From: Candidatus Margulisiibacteriota bacterium
GTDB taxonomy: Bacteria > Margulisbacteria > Marinamargulisbacteria > JBFWNS01
Assembly (NCBI GenBank): GCA_050250935.1
Contig: JBFWNS010000004.1
Coordinates: 32,001-96,000, forward strand
Direction: 5' to 3'
Length of the DNA stretch: 64,000 nucleotides
A program made the translations under genes and the position numbers. Shown piece after piece: positions 19,127 through 29,923 of the stretch. The notes below the pieces were generated by a model. That model ran no database searches. It worked only from the letters and a program-made list of their open reading frames with translations, and was not told the DNA's origin. Position 1 is the first letter of the stretch. Each line of letters begins with the position of its first letter.

Positions 19127-19363
19127 ATGGCAGCCTGTCTTCCTTTGGTTCACATTTCCGCCGAACAATCTGCTGTGATTTCCCATGTTGAAGGACAAGA
19201 TGATCGCTGTATGCGTCTTTATGAACTCGGGTTTGTACCCGGAAGCCAAGTGACCTTAACCAACCGCATTGCCTTTGGCGGCCCCATGGCCTTTCAAATT
19301 CGGGGCACCAAAGTGGCCCTTCGCCGCGAAGATGCGGCCTGCATTTACGTTCAACCGGTGTGA
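19127..19363 (+). CDS. feoA: Ferrous iron transport protein A
   Basis: RLYELGFVPG, GGPMAFQIRGTKVALR; adjacent to feoB. Confidence 0.92.
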   Translation: MAACLPLVHISAEQSAVISHVEGQDDRCMRLYELGFVPGSQVTLTNRIAFGGPMAFQIRGTKVALRREDAACIYVQPV

Positions 19364-21198
19364 GCGAACCGGTTATTGCCCTGGTTGGGCACCCCAATTG
19401 CGGCAAAACCACCCTTTTTAACCATTTAACCCAATCCCATTATCAAACCGTTAACTACCCAGGCGCTACCGTGGACTATGCCCAGGGTCACCTGCAATTC
19501 AACAACGGTCAACGCGCCACCGTCATTGACACCCCCGGCATCGTGTCTTTAATTCCCAGAAGCGAAGACGAACGCGTCACCCTATCCACCTTAATTAAGC
19601 TCAATTATTTAATCGAAGGCCACCCATCTGGAAACCCCGATTTGATTGTGGTGGTGGTGGACTTAACCCAGCCTGCCCGGCATTTGGCCTTGGCCTATCA
19701 GCTTAAACAAGCGGGTTTCCCCCTGATTGTTGCCCTTTCCATGTTGGATTTAACCGAAACCGAAGCCCATTGTATTCATCCCGACCAACTGGCCACACAA
19801 TTAACCACGGCCTTGGGATGTCCGGTCTTGGCTTTTAGCGGCCGCACCCGACATGGGGTTGGCGAACTCCGGGCGACCATGGAGTCGCAGCTGAAAAAAC
19901 CCAGTATCTCTGGCATTTCGGTTCCGGCCTCGTTTAGCACCGAAGACATCGTCGCCCAATTTAATTGGGTGGAAACCATCGTTTCGACCTGTACGCCCAA
20001 TCACAAACCTGTTCGAAAATTTGATCCCGACCAAGTGTTTTTACACCCCATTTTGGGATTTGTGCTTTTTGCCGGACTCATGACCTTGTTTTTTTGGAGC
20101 ATTTTCACACTGGCAGCCCCAGCCATGGACGGCATTGACGCCGGTTTTTCTTGGCTGATTCAAACCCTGAACCAGGCCTTTGGCCCCCACATTGCCATTT
20201 TGACCAACGGGGTTTTGGCAGGCATTGGCTCTGTTTTGGTGTTTACCCCCCAATTGTTGCTGCTGTTTATGGTGATGGGCATTTTGGAAAACAGCGGCTA
20301 TTTGGCCCGAGGTGCGGTTCTAATGGACAAGCCTTTGTCGTATTTAGGGCTAAATGGGCGAAGCTTTGTTCCCCTGCTTTCTGGCTATGCCTGCGCCATT
20401 CCAGCCATGATGGCCGCCAGAACCATTCCGGGTAAAAAAGCCCGGCTGTTAACCTTGTTTGTGATCCCGCTGATGAGCTGCTCGGCCCGCTTGCCCGTGT
20501 ATGGCTTGTTACTGTCGCTGCTGTTTATCGGCAAAAACCCATTTTGGGGCGGCCTGGCCATGACGGGCATTTACCTGGGCAGTGTTGTTTTGGCCTCGGT
20601 TGTCGCCGCCATGGCAGGGCGCTTGATGCAGCTTCCCAAAAGTGATGCTGGCTTTCAACTGGAACTGCCCCGTTGGCGCAAACCCGTGTTTAAACACATT
20701 TTGCCCCATGCCTGGAACCAAACCCTCAGTTTTGTGCGGCGGGCCGGCCCCACCATTATGGGCGTCAGCTTGGTGTTATGGGCTTTGACCCACTACCCTT
20801 CCGAACAGGCTTCCTATGCCGCCACCCTGGGACATTGGATCGAACCGCTGTTGCGTCCCATGGGACTGGATTGGCGGGTTGGGGTGGCCTTGTTACTCTC
20901 TTTTGCAGCCCGAGAAGTCTTTGTATCGGCCCTAATTTTGGCGTTTTCTTTGTCCACGGACTCCAGTCTTTTAAGCACCCTGGCCCACGCCACCCAAGCC
21001 GGCACGGGCCAACCCTTGTTCACCCCCGCCAGCATCACCGCACTGATCGTCTTTTTTATGATCTCCATGCAATGCGCTTCCACCGTGGCCGTGGCCAAAA
21101 AAGAAATGGGGGGCTGGAAATACCCCGCCATTATGACAGTAAGTTATATTGGGATGGCCTATCTCCTAGCCTGCCTCTGCCATTTGGTATTGTCCTAG
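19360..21198 (+). CDS. feoB: Ferrous iron transport protein B
   Basis: GHPNCGKT, NYPGATVD, DTPG, LENSGYLAR and SCSARLPVY motifs. Confidence 0.95.
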   Translation: MSEPVIALVGHPNCGKTTLFNHLTQSHYQTVNYPGATVDYAQGHLQFNNGQRATVIDTPGIVSLIPRSEDERVTLSTLIKLNYLIEGHPSGNPDLIVVVVDLTQPARHLALAYQLKQAGFPLIVALSMLDLTETEAHCIHPDQLATQLTTALGCPVLAFSGRTRHGVGELRATMESQLKKPSISGISVPASFSTEDIVAQFNWVETIVSTCTPNHKPVRKFDPDQVFLHPILGFVLFAGLMTLFFWSIFTLAAPAMDGIDAGFSWLIQTLNQAFGPHIAILTNGVLAGIGSVLVFTPQLLLLFMVMGILENSGYLARGAVLMDKPLSYLGLNGRSFVPLLSGYACAIPAMMAARTIPGKKARLLTLFVIPLMSCSARLPVYGLLLSLLFIGKNPFWGGLAMTGIYLGSVVLASVVAAMAGRLMQLPKSDAGFQLELPRWRKPVFKHILPHAWNQTLSFVRRAGPTIMGVSLVLWALTHYPSEQASYAATLGHWIEPLLRPMGLDWRVGVALLLSFAAREVFVSALILAFSLSTDSSLLSTLAHATQAGTGQPLFTPASITALIVFFMISMQCASTVAVAKKEMGGWKYPAIMTVSYIGMAYLLACLCHLVLS

Positions 21199-21309
21199 TT
21201 TTTACAAAAAAAGCCATAGACAAACCCAATTGGCATAAGTTAATTTAAAAAAATACCAACTATTTTTTATCAAAACCCAAACACCATCAGCACCACAAGG
21301 AGTACCACA

Positions 21310-22128
21310 GTGCCATTAAACCCCATTGCTTCAGGAACACCCCCTACACCCACGTTCTTACCCCAATCACAACAACCACCCCGTTCCGAAACCTTAAAAA
21401 CCCCAGCGCTAGCACCTAGCCTTACCCCACCACCCCCCATGTGCCCACCAGTAGCCCCACCTGTCAATTCAAATGCGACAGAACAAATAGTTAATCTTGA
21501 CCTTTTTACAGCGGACATCAGTCTCCTTATAAGGCAATTTGGTCCACTTCATATAAACGATTTAGCCCCAACAGAATTAAACATAAATGTGCATAATAAG
21601 TTTTTAGATCGAGTTATTCCTTTAACACTTTTAGAGTTTGCCCTGAAGAACAGTTTACCCGTACGCATCATCGGTTCAAACGTCGAAAACACAACAAGAA
21701 GCAGCCAAGTGCTACATTTACGGAAACCAAAACAAAGCTACTGGACATCCAAAATCTTAAGCGATCTTCATTTGATACTAATCCAATTGCCTAACAATCA
21801 AATAGTTGCCTTAAATTGCGGGAAAGGCCCGGTAAATATAGACTCTACTCCTTATCCCGACGGTAACGGGCTAATTTTTCTTAAAACTGATAGTCATGTT
21901 GTAGTTAGTATACGAAAAGACCCCATTGCAAGTCTGAAAACACCAGGCTTATCTGAACCTAAGCACCTTTTAAATCTAGACACCATTGGTTTAATCTTTA
22001 ATCGCTACCAAAAAACCTGTCGTATGGATACAATAGCCACACTCGAAATGAAAGAAGATTCTGCTAGGGCGCTCAATACCTTATTAAAAGAGCTTTCTAG
22101 AGCTTTGTCACGGCATCGAGAGATTTAA
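21310..22128 (+). CDS. Hypothetical protein with Pro/Thr-rich N-terminus
   Basis: 272-aa ORF with AAGGAG RBS before GTG; visibly AT-richer than neighbours; no family recognised. Confidence 0.65.
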   Translation: MPLNPIASGTPPTPTFLPQSQQPPRSETLKTPALAPSLTPPPPMCPPVAPPVNSNATEQIVNLDLFTADISLLIRQFGPLHINDLAPTELNINVHNKFLDRVIPLTLLEFALKNSLPVRIIGSNVENTTRSSQVLHLRKPKQSYWTSKILSDLHLILIQLPNNQIVALNCGKGPVNIDSTPYPDGNGLIFLKTDSHVVVSIRKDPIASLKTPGLSEPKHLLNLDTIGLIFNRYQKTCRMDTIATLEMKEDSARALNTLLKELSRALSRHREI

Positions 22129-22181
22129 TGGGGGCTTATTTTACAAAAAAGGCAGCACCTTAACCCTTCCCTAGGCTTCTT

Positions 22182-22958
22182 TTAGTGCAAAAAGACATTC
22201 AGCAATTCAATTAAAATCAGCAAAATAATGATGATTTCCAACAAACTGCTTTCGTGGTGTTGGTAAATTTGTGTGATGACGTCCAAATCGTCTTGAACCA
22301 CCCGAAGGGTTTGATCGATTTCGCGGTAGCGCATGGTTAAATCAAAAAATTGGGCCAGTTTTTTGTGAATGGCTTCCAGATAGCTATCCTCCCAAACCAA
22401 ATCTGGGGAATCAAAAATATACAGATTTTCAATAATTTTGGATTTGATGTTTAGGGCTTTGCCGACGGTTTTGAACAAGGCTTTTTTTCGAACCACCAAG
22501 CGGCCCTTTTTTTCCAAAGAATCCACCAACACCCGAACCTCGCCAAGCGAAGCTTCTGCGGTTTGTAAATAATAGTCCAGGGCAACAGATTGGGCCAAAT
22601 TAAACATCACCACCCGCAACACCTGTTGCGTACAGGCCGGCACCACAATTTCTTTATTGGAAATACTTATCTCCGCATCGGGAACCACAAGCAATTCAAA
22701 AGTCTCTTCGTGCGGTTCGGTCAAAAACGACCGACCAAAAGTCCCCATGTTACGAAGCAGCTCTCGGCGATCCGACTCGGAAACCCCAGAAAACACCACG
22801 CAGCCAAACTGCTTAATCAAACAACAGTCCGATTCCCCACGACTCCAAAACTGATCCACGGAGCTTGACGAAACCAAAGTCCATCCCTCAAAAACCGTTT
22901 TGATGGCTTTTAAATCCAATTGATCCGCAAAATGGCTGGCATAAAAAAAATGTCTCAT
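22182..22958 (-). CDS. RMD1/DUF155 family protein
   Basis: FGCVVF, LAQSVALDYY, FDSPDLVWE and LLEIIIILLILIE C-terminal TM segment. Confidence 0.85.
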   Translation of the reverse strand: MRHFFYASHFADQLDLKAIKTVFEGWTLVSSSSVDQFWSRGESDCCLIKQFGCVVFSGVSESDRRELLRNMGTFGRSFLTEPHEETFELLVVPDAEISISNKEIVVPACTQQVLRVVMFNLAQSVALDYYLQTAEASLGEVRVLVDSLEKKGRLVVRKKALFKTVGKALNIKSKIIENLYIFDSPDLVWEDSYLEAIHKKLAQFFDLTMRYREIDQTLRVVQDDLDVITQIYQHHESSLLEIIIILLILIELLNVFLH

Positions 22959-24241
22959 AGGGGTTTTGTGCACAATTCGGCCAATTCGATAGCAAAGTTA
23001 ATGCCACGATCGAAAGGATAGGTGTGGTGGGTGGAAATCCAATAAAAATGGGGGAATTCCGTGGCCATGGATGGGGGCACATAGCCCTTGGGCACCACCG
23101 GCTGGGCATTGCGCTGGCGAAACAACTTGATCTCGGAAACCTGGACTTCGTCAAAAGCGGGATTGAGGGTTTTGAGCCCCGCCATAAACTGAGCCACCAC
23201 CTCGGCTTCTGGGGCCGAAAATAAGGGGTGATTCTCGTCCAAATACCGAGACAAATACACCACATGTTTGCCCGCATAGTGGGTGGCTGGCACAAAATGG
23301 GTATGCTCGATCACACCGCCAAACGGCAGTGTGGTGTCGCCGATATTAATCCAATACAAGTCGAACCAAGGCCGGTCCGAAACCAACATCATGCACATGG
23401 CCGCTTTATAGGTATAGGTGGCCAAAAGGGCTTGGGTTTTGGCACTCCAGGGCGCCGATTTTGCAAGCAAATCCGAAGAAACCGTGGAAATCACCACATC
23501 GGCCATCAGGGTTTGACTGCCAACTTGAACCTCGAAGCGGCCATCGGGCTGGGGGGTAATGCGATCCACACCCTGCCCCAACTGAATCTGGCCCCCAAGC
23601 TGGGCAATTTTGGCAGCCAACGTCGTGGCCAAAACCCCAAAACTGCCTTTCATATAGGCCAACACCTCTTTGGCCCCACCGGTTTTACGCGACTTTCCCC
23701 GGGTGCGAAATTTTCCCCACAACCAAGTCAGGGAAATAGTATCGCAGCTATCGGCAAATTTAAGGTGAAACAACGGTTTCCAAATCACATCCCAGGCTTT
23801 TTTAAAGCCTTTTTGCTCAAACCACTCTTTCACACCAAAGCCTTCGGTGTAGGCTTGGCTGGCCACATGGGTTAACCACAGGGCCGACACCACAAACTGC
23901 AAGCGTCCCCAAAACCCCAAGGGCGAAAACCCGATCAAACTTTTGGGTGTGCCAAAGGGATAAAGTTTGCCTTGGCTGTAATAGCCCATGGTGCTGGGCA
24001 GCCATTGCACTTGGTCCATAATGCCCAGTTCTTCGCACAAGGCCCATAAAGCCGTGTCCGAGGTAAAAGCATGATGGTAATAACATTCGATGGGTTCACC
24101 CCCCACTGTGGTGGTCACCAATTGTCCGCCCACAAAGGGGCTTCGTTCAAATACCTGAACGTTATAGCCTTGTTGAAGCAACCGATAGGCCGCGGTTAAA
24201 CCCGCAACCCCAGCCCCAACAATAATGGCCGTCCTAGCCAC
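22955..24241 (-). CDS. FAD-dependent oxidoreductase (amine oxidase/PPOX-like)
   Basis: IVGAGVAGLTAAY Rossmann motif, VGG, YYHH and YPFDRG; GTG start overlaps the GT2 stop. Confidence 0.85.
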   Translation of the reverse strand: MARTAIIVGAGVAGLTAAYRLLQQGYNVQVFERSPFVGGQLVTTTVGGEPIECYYHHAFTSDTALWALCEELGIMDQVQWLPSTMGYYSQGKLYPFGTPKSLIGFSPLGFWGRLQFVVSALWLTHVASQAYTEGFGVKEWFEQKGFKKAWDVIWKPLFHLKFADSCDTISLTWLWGKFRTRGKSRKTGGAKEVLAYMKGSFGVLATTLAAKIAQLGGQIQLGQGVDRITPQPDGRFEVQVGSQTLMADVVISTVSSDLLAKSAPWSAKTQALLATYTYKAAMCMMLVSDRPWFDLYWINIGDTTLPFGGVIEHTHFVPATHYAGKHVVYLSRYLDENHPLFSAPEAEVVAQFMAGLKTLNPAFDEVQVSEIKLFRQRNAQPVVPKGYVPPSMATEFPHFYWISTHHTYPFDRGINFAIELAELCTKPL

Positions 24242-25169
24242 CGACTGTCTCGGACACAATATACAAAGGCCGTTTTTTACTTTCCATATAAAGACGACCC
24301 ACATAGTCGCCTAAAATGCCGATGGTCATCAGCTGAATACCGCCCAACAGCAAAATCGCAATCATCAACGAGGCATACCCCGGAAAGGTGTGCCCGCTAA
24401 ATCGCAAGCCCAACACCACCACAATATAAACGCCGGCTGCAGCAGACAAAATAAATCCCAGCCAAGTGGCGCATTTCAGGGGCAAGGTTGAAAACGACAC
24501 GATGCCATTAATGGCAAACTTCAGCATTTTTTTGAGGGGGTATTTGGTTTCTCCGGCAACTCTTGGATCTCGGTCAAAATAAAGCGGGGTTTGTTTAAAC
24601 CCAACCCAACTGACCATCCCACGCACAAACCGGTCGTGTTCTCTCATGGTTTTTAGAGCCTCGATCACAGGCCGGCTCATCAAGCGAAAATCGCCAGTGT
24701 TTAAGGGAATGGGAACGGTTGAAAACCAGTTCAATACCCTATAAAACCAAGCCGCCGTTGTTTTTTTAAACCAAGTCTCGCCGTGACGCTCGTTGCGAAC
24801 GGCATACACCACATCAAAACCAGCCTCAAAGTGGCGGGCCATTTCCAGCACCAATTCGGGTGGGTCTTGTAAATCGGCATCCATCACCACCACAGCATCG
24901 CCGGTGGCGGCATCCATGCCAGCCGTAATGGCCAATTGATGCCCAAAATTTCGGGAAAATTTCAGTACTTTAACACGGGCATCGGTTTGGGCAATGGCTT
25001 TAAGCTGGGCAAAGGAATTGTCTTTGGAACCATCGTCCACAAACACAATCTCCACTTGATACCCCACCAACTGCTCGGCCAGCCCCTTTAAACGATCCCA
25101 CAACGCGGCAATACACGCTTCCTCGTTGTAAATTGGCAACACCAATGACATGATTTTGGAATTTGACAC
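24234..25169 (-). CDS. GT2 polyprenol-phosphate glycosyltransferase (GtrB/ArnC-like)
   Basis: PIYNEE, VDDGSKD, SRNFGHQ, MDADLQDPP and GDFRLM motifs; two C-terminal TM segments. Confidence 0.92.
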   Translation of the reverse strand: MSNSKIMSLVLPIYNEEACIAALWDRLKGLAEQLVGYQVEIVFVDDGSKDNSFAQLKAIAQTDARVKVLKFSRNFGHQLAITAGMDAATGDAVVVMDADLQDPPELVLEMARHFEAGFDVVYAVRNERHGETWFKKTTAAWFYRVLNWFSTVPIPLNTGDFRLMSRPVIEALKTMREHDRFVRGMVSWVGFKQTPLYFDRDPRVAGETKYPLKKMLKFAINGIVSFSTLPLKCATWLGFILSAAAGVYIVVVLGLRFSGHTFPGYASLMIAILLLGGIQLMTIGILGDYVGRLYMESKKRPLYIVSETVGG

Positions 25170-25203
25170 GCCAAAACCCTATCATATTTTTTAAGGAGTA
25201 TCC

Positions 25204-26328
25204 ATGAACTGGTTCAAAACCCACGCCAAAACCCTAATTGCCGGTTGTTTGATTCTTGCCGCTTCGGCCGTTTTAGTCGGCAAAGCCATCACCGCTTTTT
25301 CGCCCGAACATCAGCACGACTTTATTTCCTATTATTACGGCACCCAAGCCATTGCCCAACACCTGAATCCCTATACCTCTAAAACCCTGTCCTTTCTTTC
25401 TGGCCAAAACCTCGACGACCATTTGCGCTTTGTCTATCCCCCCCAAATGAGCTGGTTTTTTAAGCCCTTCACCCATTTGCCTTTCGACACCGCCAGAAAA
25501 GTATATGTGATAGTAAAGCTCTTGGTTTTGGCTGGTTTGGCCCTGCTTTGGTTTCGGTTTTTTAAGCCCAAAAACGGGTCGCTGTTGGTGTTTTTACTGC
25601 TGCTTTTATTTGCCTTTCACGAAACCGCTGCCTGCGACCTATTATCTGGCAACATCTCGGTTTTTGAGGAAGCCTTGTTGTGGAGCGGCTTTGCCTTGAT
25701 GGTGAATGGATCTTTGGTTTGGGCCGGGGCCCTGATTGGCTTAGCCGCCTGTTTTAAAGTGACACCTTTGGTTTTTTTAGGCTTTTTGGCCCTGGTTCCC
25801 AACACCAGTTTGCATCAAAAAGCAAAAGCCATTGGAAGCGGTCTTGGTGTTTTTGCACTGGTTCAAGGACTGGGCTATTTGTGTTACCCCGCCCTGTTCG
25901 GCCTGTTTTTAACCACCCCTGCCCCCTTGGACAGCAGCGGGTTTGTAAACCCTTCGTCTTTAGCATTGATTCAGTTTGAACTTGGCCCAAAACTAGGCCA
26001 TCCCATGCTGTTGTACGCCCTGTGGCTGCTGGTAGTGGCAAGCTTGGGTGTGTGGTGGCTCAAACACCGAAACCGGTTTAGTTTGATTCAAAACATCAGC
26101 GCGGGGTTGTTGCTGTATGCCCTGGCCATGCCCCGGTTCAAAGACTACACCTTTTTATTGCTGATTATCCCCGCCTGGGTGACGATTAGCGAGCTCAAAA
26201 ACCCCTGGGTAAAATGGGGTCTTTTGGTTTTACTCTGCGTCACCCTCTGGCCCTACCACCATCTGGTGATGGTAGGGGTGTTGTTGGGGGGATTATTGTT
26301 TAGAGAGAGGCTTTCGGTTGCATCATAA
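25204..26328 (+). CDS. GT87/DUF2029 family membrane glycosyltransferase
   Basis: DF..YY, NPY, FVYPP, GN and LAACFKVTP pattern; multi-TM. Confidence 0.75.
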   Translation: MNWFKTHAKTLIAGCLILAASAVLVGKAITAFSPEHQHDFISYYYGTQAIAQHLNPYTSKTLSFLSGQNLDDHLRFVYPPQMSWFFKPFTHLPFDTARKVYVIVKLLVLAGLALLWFRFFKPKNGSLLVFLLLLLFAFHETAACDLLSGNISVFEEALLWSGFALMVNGSLVWAGALIGLAACFKVTPLVFLGFLALVPNTSLHQKAKAIGSGLGVFALVQGLGYLCYPALFGLFLTTPAPLDSSGFVNPSSLALIQFELGPKLGHPMLLYALWLLVVASLGVWWLKHRNRFSLIQNISAGLLLYALAMPRFKDYTFLLLIIPAWVTISELKNPWVKWGLLVLLCVTLWPYHHLVMVGVLLGGLLFRERLSVAS

Positions 26329-27994
26329 CCGCTAAAAGTTGCTCTGCACTTGTACGGTCAGAATATGGCAGCGACTCAACCATAACTGTGGTTCCTTCAC
26401 AAACGGACCGATGGCCAGAGGTGGATTGACCGTTTCCGTTGGATGGATGAGATCTAAATTCCAAATGGTCTGGCCCACGTTGAGGACAAGCATCGATGTG
26501 AACCCGAGTACAATAGGCACTATACGCTTCCGTTGGATTTACCGGATACCCACCAACCCCTTTTTGACCAAAAAACGCCAAATGATGTTTTTGCGTATTG
26601 GCACGGGCATAGTTATCAGATTGTTCCGCAGAAGATTGAATCACCACCAACATAGGCCCAAACACCTCTTCGGTTCGCACTTTGGCGGTAGAGTCTACAG
26701 CAACTTCAATTAAAACCGGTCTAAACCGTCCATTCTCTATTAAACCTTCAACCGAGGTTACAGGAGCACCGTCTTTGGTAAACACCTTGGCCCCACAGTG
26801 CAATGCATCCTTAACCCAACCAACGTATTTTGCCAGGTCGCTATTCCCGCTTAAAGGGGCAGTAATGTCCACCTCTTCCCAAAACGCCCCTTCTTTTAAT
26901 TTCCCCATTTCGGCTTTAAGGGCAGTCACAACATCGTCATAACAACTTGCATCAATCAAAACCGGTTTTCCAGCTGTACAACGCGCCCCGTTATTGCCAA
27001 AAGCACCGGCCACAATTTTGGTTGCAGCGGGTGTAATTTCCTCCGATTTCATATGGGCCACAATCACCGGGTTAATCGCACCAAACGCATAAGAGGTTTA
27101 TTCCGAATCTACTGCAGCCCCTACATTTGGTTTAATATTTTCATCGTGAGGCTTTCTACCCCCAATATACACATAAGCATCTGGCTCAACTTCGGCCATC
27201 GGTGCAATCACCTCACGACCTTCGCCAAAAACCACCGAAGCGGCTTTCCAAGCTTCGTCTCCAAACTGTGCAATCAAAACACGCTGAGTAATTTCATAAC
27301 ACAACAGGGTGCTGGTTTCACCGGTTCTGGGTACTTTTAAACAGGTGGTGTTCCCCGTTAACAAGGTTTGAACTGCAATCAAGAAATTTTCGTTGATCGG
27401 ATAATTGGTGGCCCCAAAAACCTCGTAAAAACCAACGGTTTGTGGCCATTGAACAAAAAATTGTCCGTCTCGTTCAACAATTTTTGACTTAGAAAATTCC
27501 GCATATTCTTTACAAAGATCTTCTAAAAACTGTGCAGTACGCACAATTTCAGCTTTGGCGTTTTTAAGGGTTTTGTTACTATCGCGGGCCACAGCTTGGG
27601 CAATAGCGTCCACATGGGTACGAAGCTCTGCCGCAATTTTCTGAACAGCAGCAATACGATCTTGAGCAGCTGTTTGAGCCCAAGTCGTTGTATACGCTTG
27701 ACTGGCCCTTGCCAATTCCGCAGCCTGTTCACCGGTGTAAGCCGGCACCTCGCCATTGATAACTTGAAGGCCATCCACATACAAATTGGCCTTGGATACT
27801 TTCACACCACAAGCCATTCCGCCATTCAATTGAAAGGTTCTTTCACCAACTCTAAACTTTCCTTCAGCCGCATCCACCACACCACAAACCGGGGCTTGAA
27901 GATAATCAGGAGCCTGTGAACTTCTATAGTGGGGCTGGGTATCCAATGCATGCTTCTGCTGGGACAAAACCTTCAACAAACCAGTACGAGCCAT
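26300..27994 (-). pseudogene. Divergent aldehyde dehydrogenase (GapN-like) interrupted by an in-frame TAA at 27098-27100
   Basis: ORFs 27098..27994 and 26300..27067 share a frame. Motifs NYPINE, NNGARCTA, EEVFGP and QRGPDH. Confidence 0.75.
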
Positions 27995-28115
27995 CGGGTT
28001 CTCCTTGGAAAAAAAATATTAAAAAAACAGGGAAAAAAGTTGGTAAATCTTAACAACCTTGTTCATATTGATCAACAAAGGAATTAAAAATTAACGTTTC
28101 TTTGAATTATTTTTT

Positions 28116-28823
28116 TTACAGGGTCTGGAGAATCACCAACAGGCCTTTAAGGGTTAGGTCAAGGTCAAATTGGTCGATATCCAAGCGATTGGCCAGCACA
28201 TCCAACCCACTGCCAGCCCCCACCACCACAATGCCCGAAAACTGGGCCCGATAGGCGGCAATAAACCCATTAATCAGGTGAATATAACCTTGATACAACC
28301 CCACCTCCACCGCCTGTTGGGTGTTTTTGCCATACAACGGCTCTTGGGGCGACACCTGAATTTCAGGAATTTGGGCAGTAAACAGCGAGAGCGCTTTCGA
28401 GGCAATCCCCATGCCCGGAAAAATCGCCCCTCCCTCGTAAACCCCGTTGGCACGGACCAAACAAAAGGTAATGGCCGTCCCCGAATCCACCACCAAACAG
28501 TCGGTTTGTGTGGCCTTCCACGCAGCCAAAGCATTCACAATCCGATCCGCTCCCACCTGCTCTTTTGCAATTAAATTTAACGTCAATCCTGGCAAATTGG
28601 CAGCCGTCACAAACACCACGTTTGCGGCCGGTTTAAGGGTCTCAAAAAGCGGATTCATCGCGGGCACTACCGACGAAATCACCAGGGTTTTATACCCCGA
28701 AAAACCTGCAATCGCAGCAGGCAGTTCCGAAGTGGGTAAGCGCCGTTTGTTCAGCAGCTGCTGCCCATCGGTTTCGGCCATCACCGTTGTGGAATTGCCG
28801 ATGTCGATGAGTAAGCTAAGCAC
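28116..28823 (-). CDS. coaX: Type III pantothenate kinase
   Basis: IDIGNS, SSVVP, GADR, VDSGTAIT and GGAIFPG motifs. Confidence 0.93.
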   Translation of the reverse strand: MLSLLIDIGNSTTVMAETDGQQLLNKRRLPTSELPAAIAGFSGYKTLVISSVVPAMNPLFETLKPAANVVFVTAANLPGLTLNLIAKEQVGADRIVNALAAWKATQTDCLVVDSGTAITFCLVRANGVYEGGAIFPGMGIASKALSLFTAQIPEIQVSPQEPLYGKNTQQAVEVGLYQGYIHLINGFIAAYRAQFSGIVVVGAGSGLDVLANRLDIDQFDLDLTLKGLLVILQTL

Positions 28824-29895
28824 TCAAAATAATCCCACCGCCCACCACGCGGTCTTTGGCATACAACACCCCCGATTGACCGGGAGAAATAAACTCTTGG
28901 GCATGATCCAGTTCCAAAGTTGCGGTGTCGCCTTCGATGCCCACAATGCGGCCTTGGCAGGGCGTCATTTGATAGCGGGTTTTCACATCAAACGTTTTGC
29001 CAATGATGGCTTCGCTGGCGTTCACCTGGGAAAAGCGGCGTAAAAACACGGTTTTCGAGGCCATGTCTCCACGTTTTCCCACCACAATGCTATTGTCGGC
29101 CGGATTAATTTTAAGCACAAACAAAGGCTCTGGGGCCGCAATCCCAAGCCCTTTGCGTTGACCAATGGTGTAGTGATAAATGCCCTTGTGCATGCCCAGC
29201 AACTTCCCGCTGGTATCCACAATGGGTCCAGGTTCAATCACCTCGCCATTTAAGCGGGATTCGATAAAATTTTTATAGGTATCTTTGGTGACAAAACAAA
29301 TTTCTTGGCTTTCGGCTTTTTTAGCCGTCACCAACTTAAAGTCTTCGGCCATTTTTCGGATTTCGCTTTTTAAAAATCCCCCCAACGGAAACAGGGTGTA
29401 TCTCAACTGTTCATCGGTGAGCATATACAAAAAATAAGACTGGTCTTTGGCTGGATCTTTGGCTTTTTTAAGATCAAACGATTTTGAAAACGGGTTGTAT
29501 CGGCGTTGAATGTAATGACCGGTGGCAATAAAATCGGCATCCAATTCCAAGGCTTTTTGACGCATTTCATCGAATTTGATGTACTTATTGCATTCCACAC
29601 AAGGATTCGGGGTATAGCCCGACACATACTGGGACACAAAATCGGAAATCACGTTTTTTTCGAAGGTTTCTCTGGCGTTCACGGTGTAATGCGGAATGCC
29701 CAAGCTATAGGCCACCCGCTTGGCATCGCCAATGGCATTGAGGTTGCAACAAGAACCATGGGTTTCATTTTCTTTGGGCAACAATTGCAGGGTAATACCA
29801 ATCACGTCGTAGCCTCGCTTTTTTAAAAGCGCTGCTGCCACCGACGAATCGACGCCCCCACTCATTCCCAAAACCACACGTTTTTTTGTTTTCAT
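28816..29895 (-). CDS. mnmA: tRNA 2-thiouridylase
   Basis: SGGVDSSV, TPNPCVECN, ATGHY, KDQSYFL and YTIGQRKGL motifs. Confidence 0.97.
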   Translation of the reverse strand: MKTKKRVVLGMSGGVDSSVAAALLKKRGYDVIGITLQLLPKENETHGSCCNLNAIGDAKRVAYSLGIPHYTVNARETFEKNVISDFVSQYVSGYTPNPCVECNKYIKFDEMRQKALELDADFIATGHYIQRRYNPFSKSFDLKKAKDPAKDQSYFLYMLTDEQLRYTLFPLGGFLKSEIRKMAEDFKLVTAKKAESQEICFVTKDTYKNFIESRLNGEVIEPGPIVDTSGKLLGMHKGIYHYTIGQRKGLGIAAPEPLFVLKINPADNSIVVGKRGDMASKTVFLRRFSQVNASEAIIGKTFDVKTRYQMTPCQGRIVGIEGDTATLELDHAQEFISPGQSGVLYAKDRVVGGGIILSA

Positions 29896-29923
29896 GACAA
29901 CCCGGTTGAATCCAGAAGGCGAA

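Noticed and set aside
22182..22958. RMD1 protein as part of the mitochondrial effector set
   Set aside because: The family is common in bacteria, has no N-terminal extension here, and is operonic with the GT2 genes.
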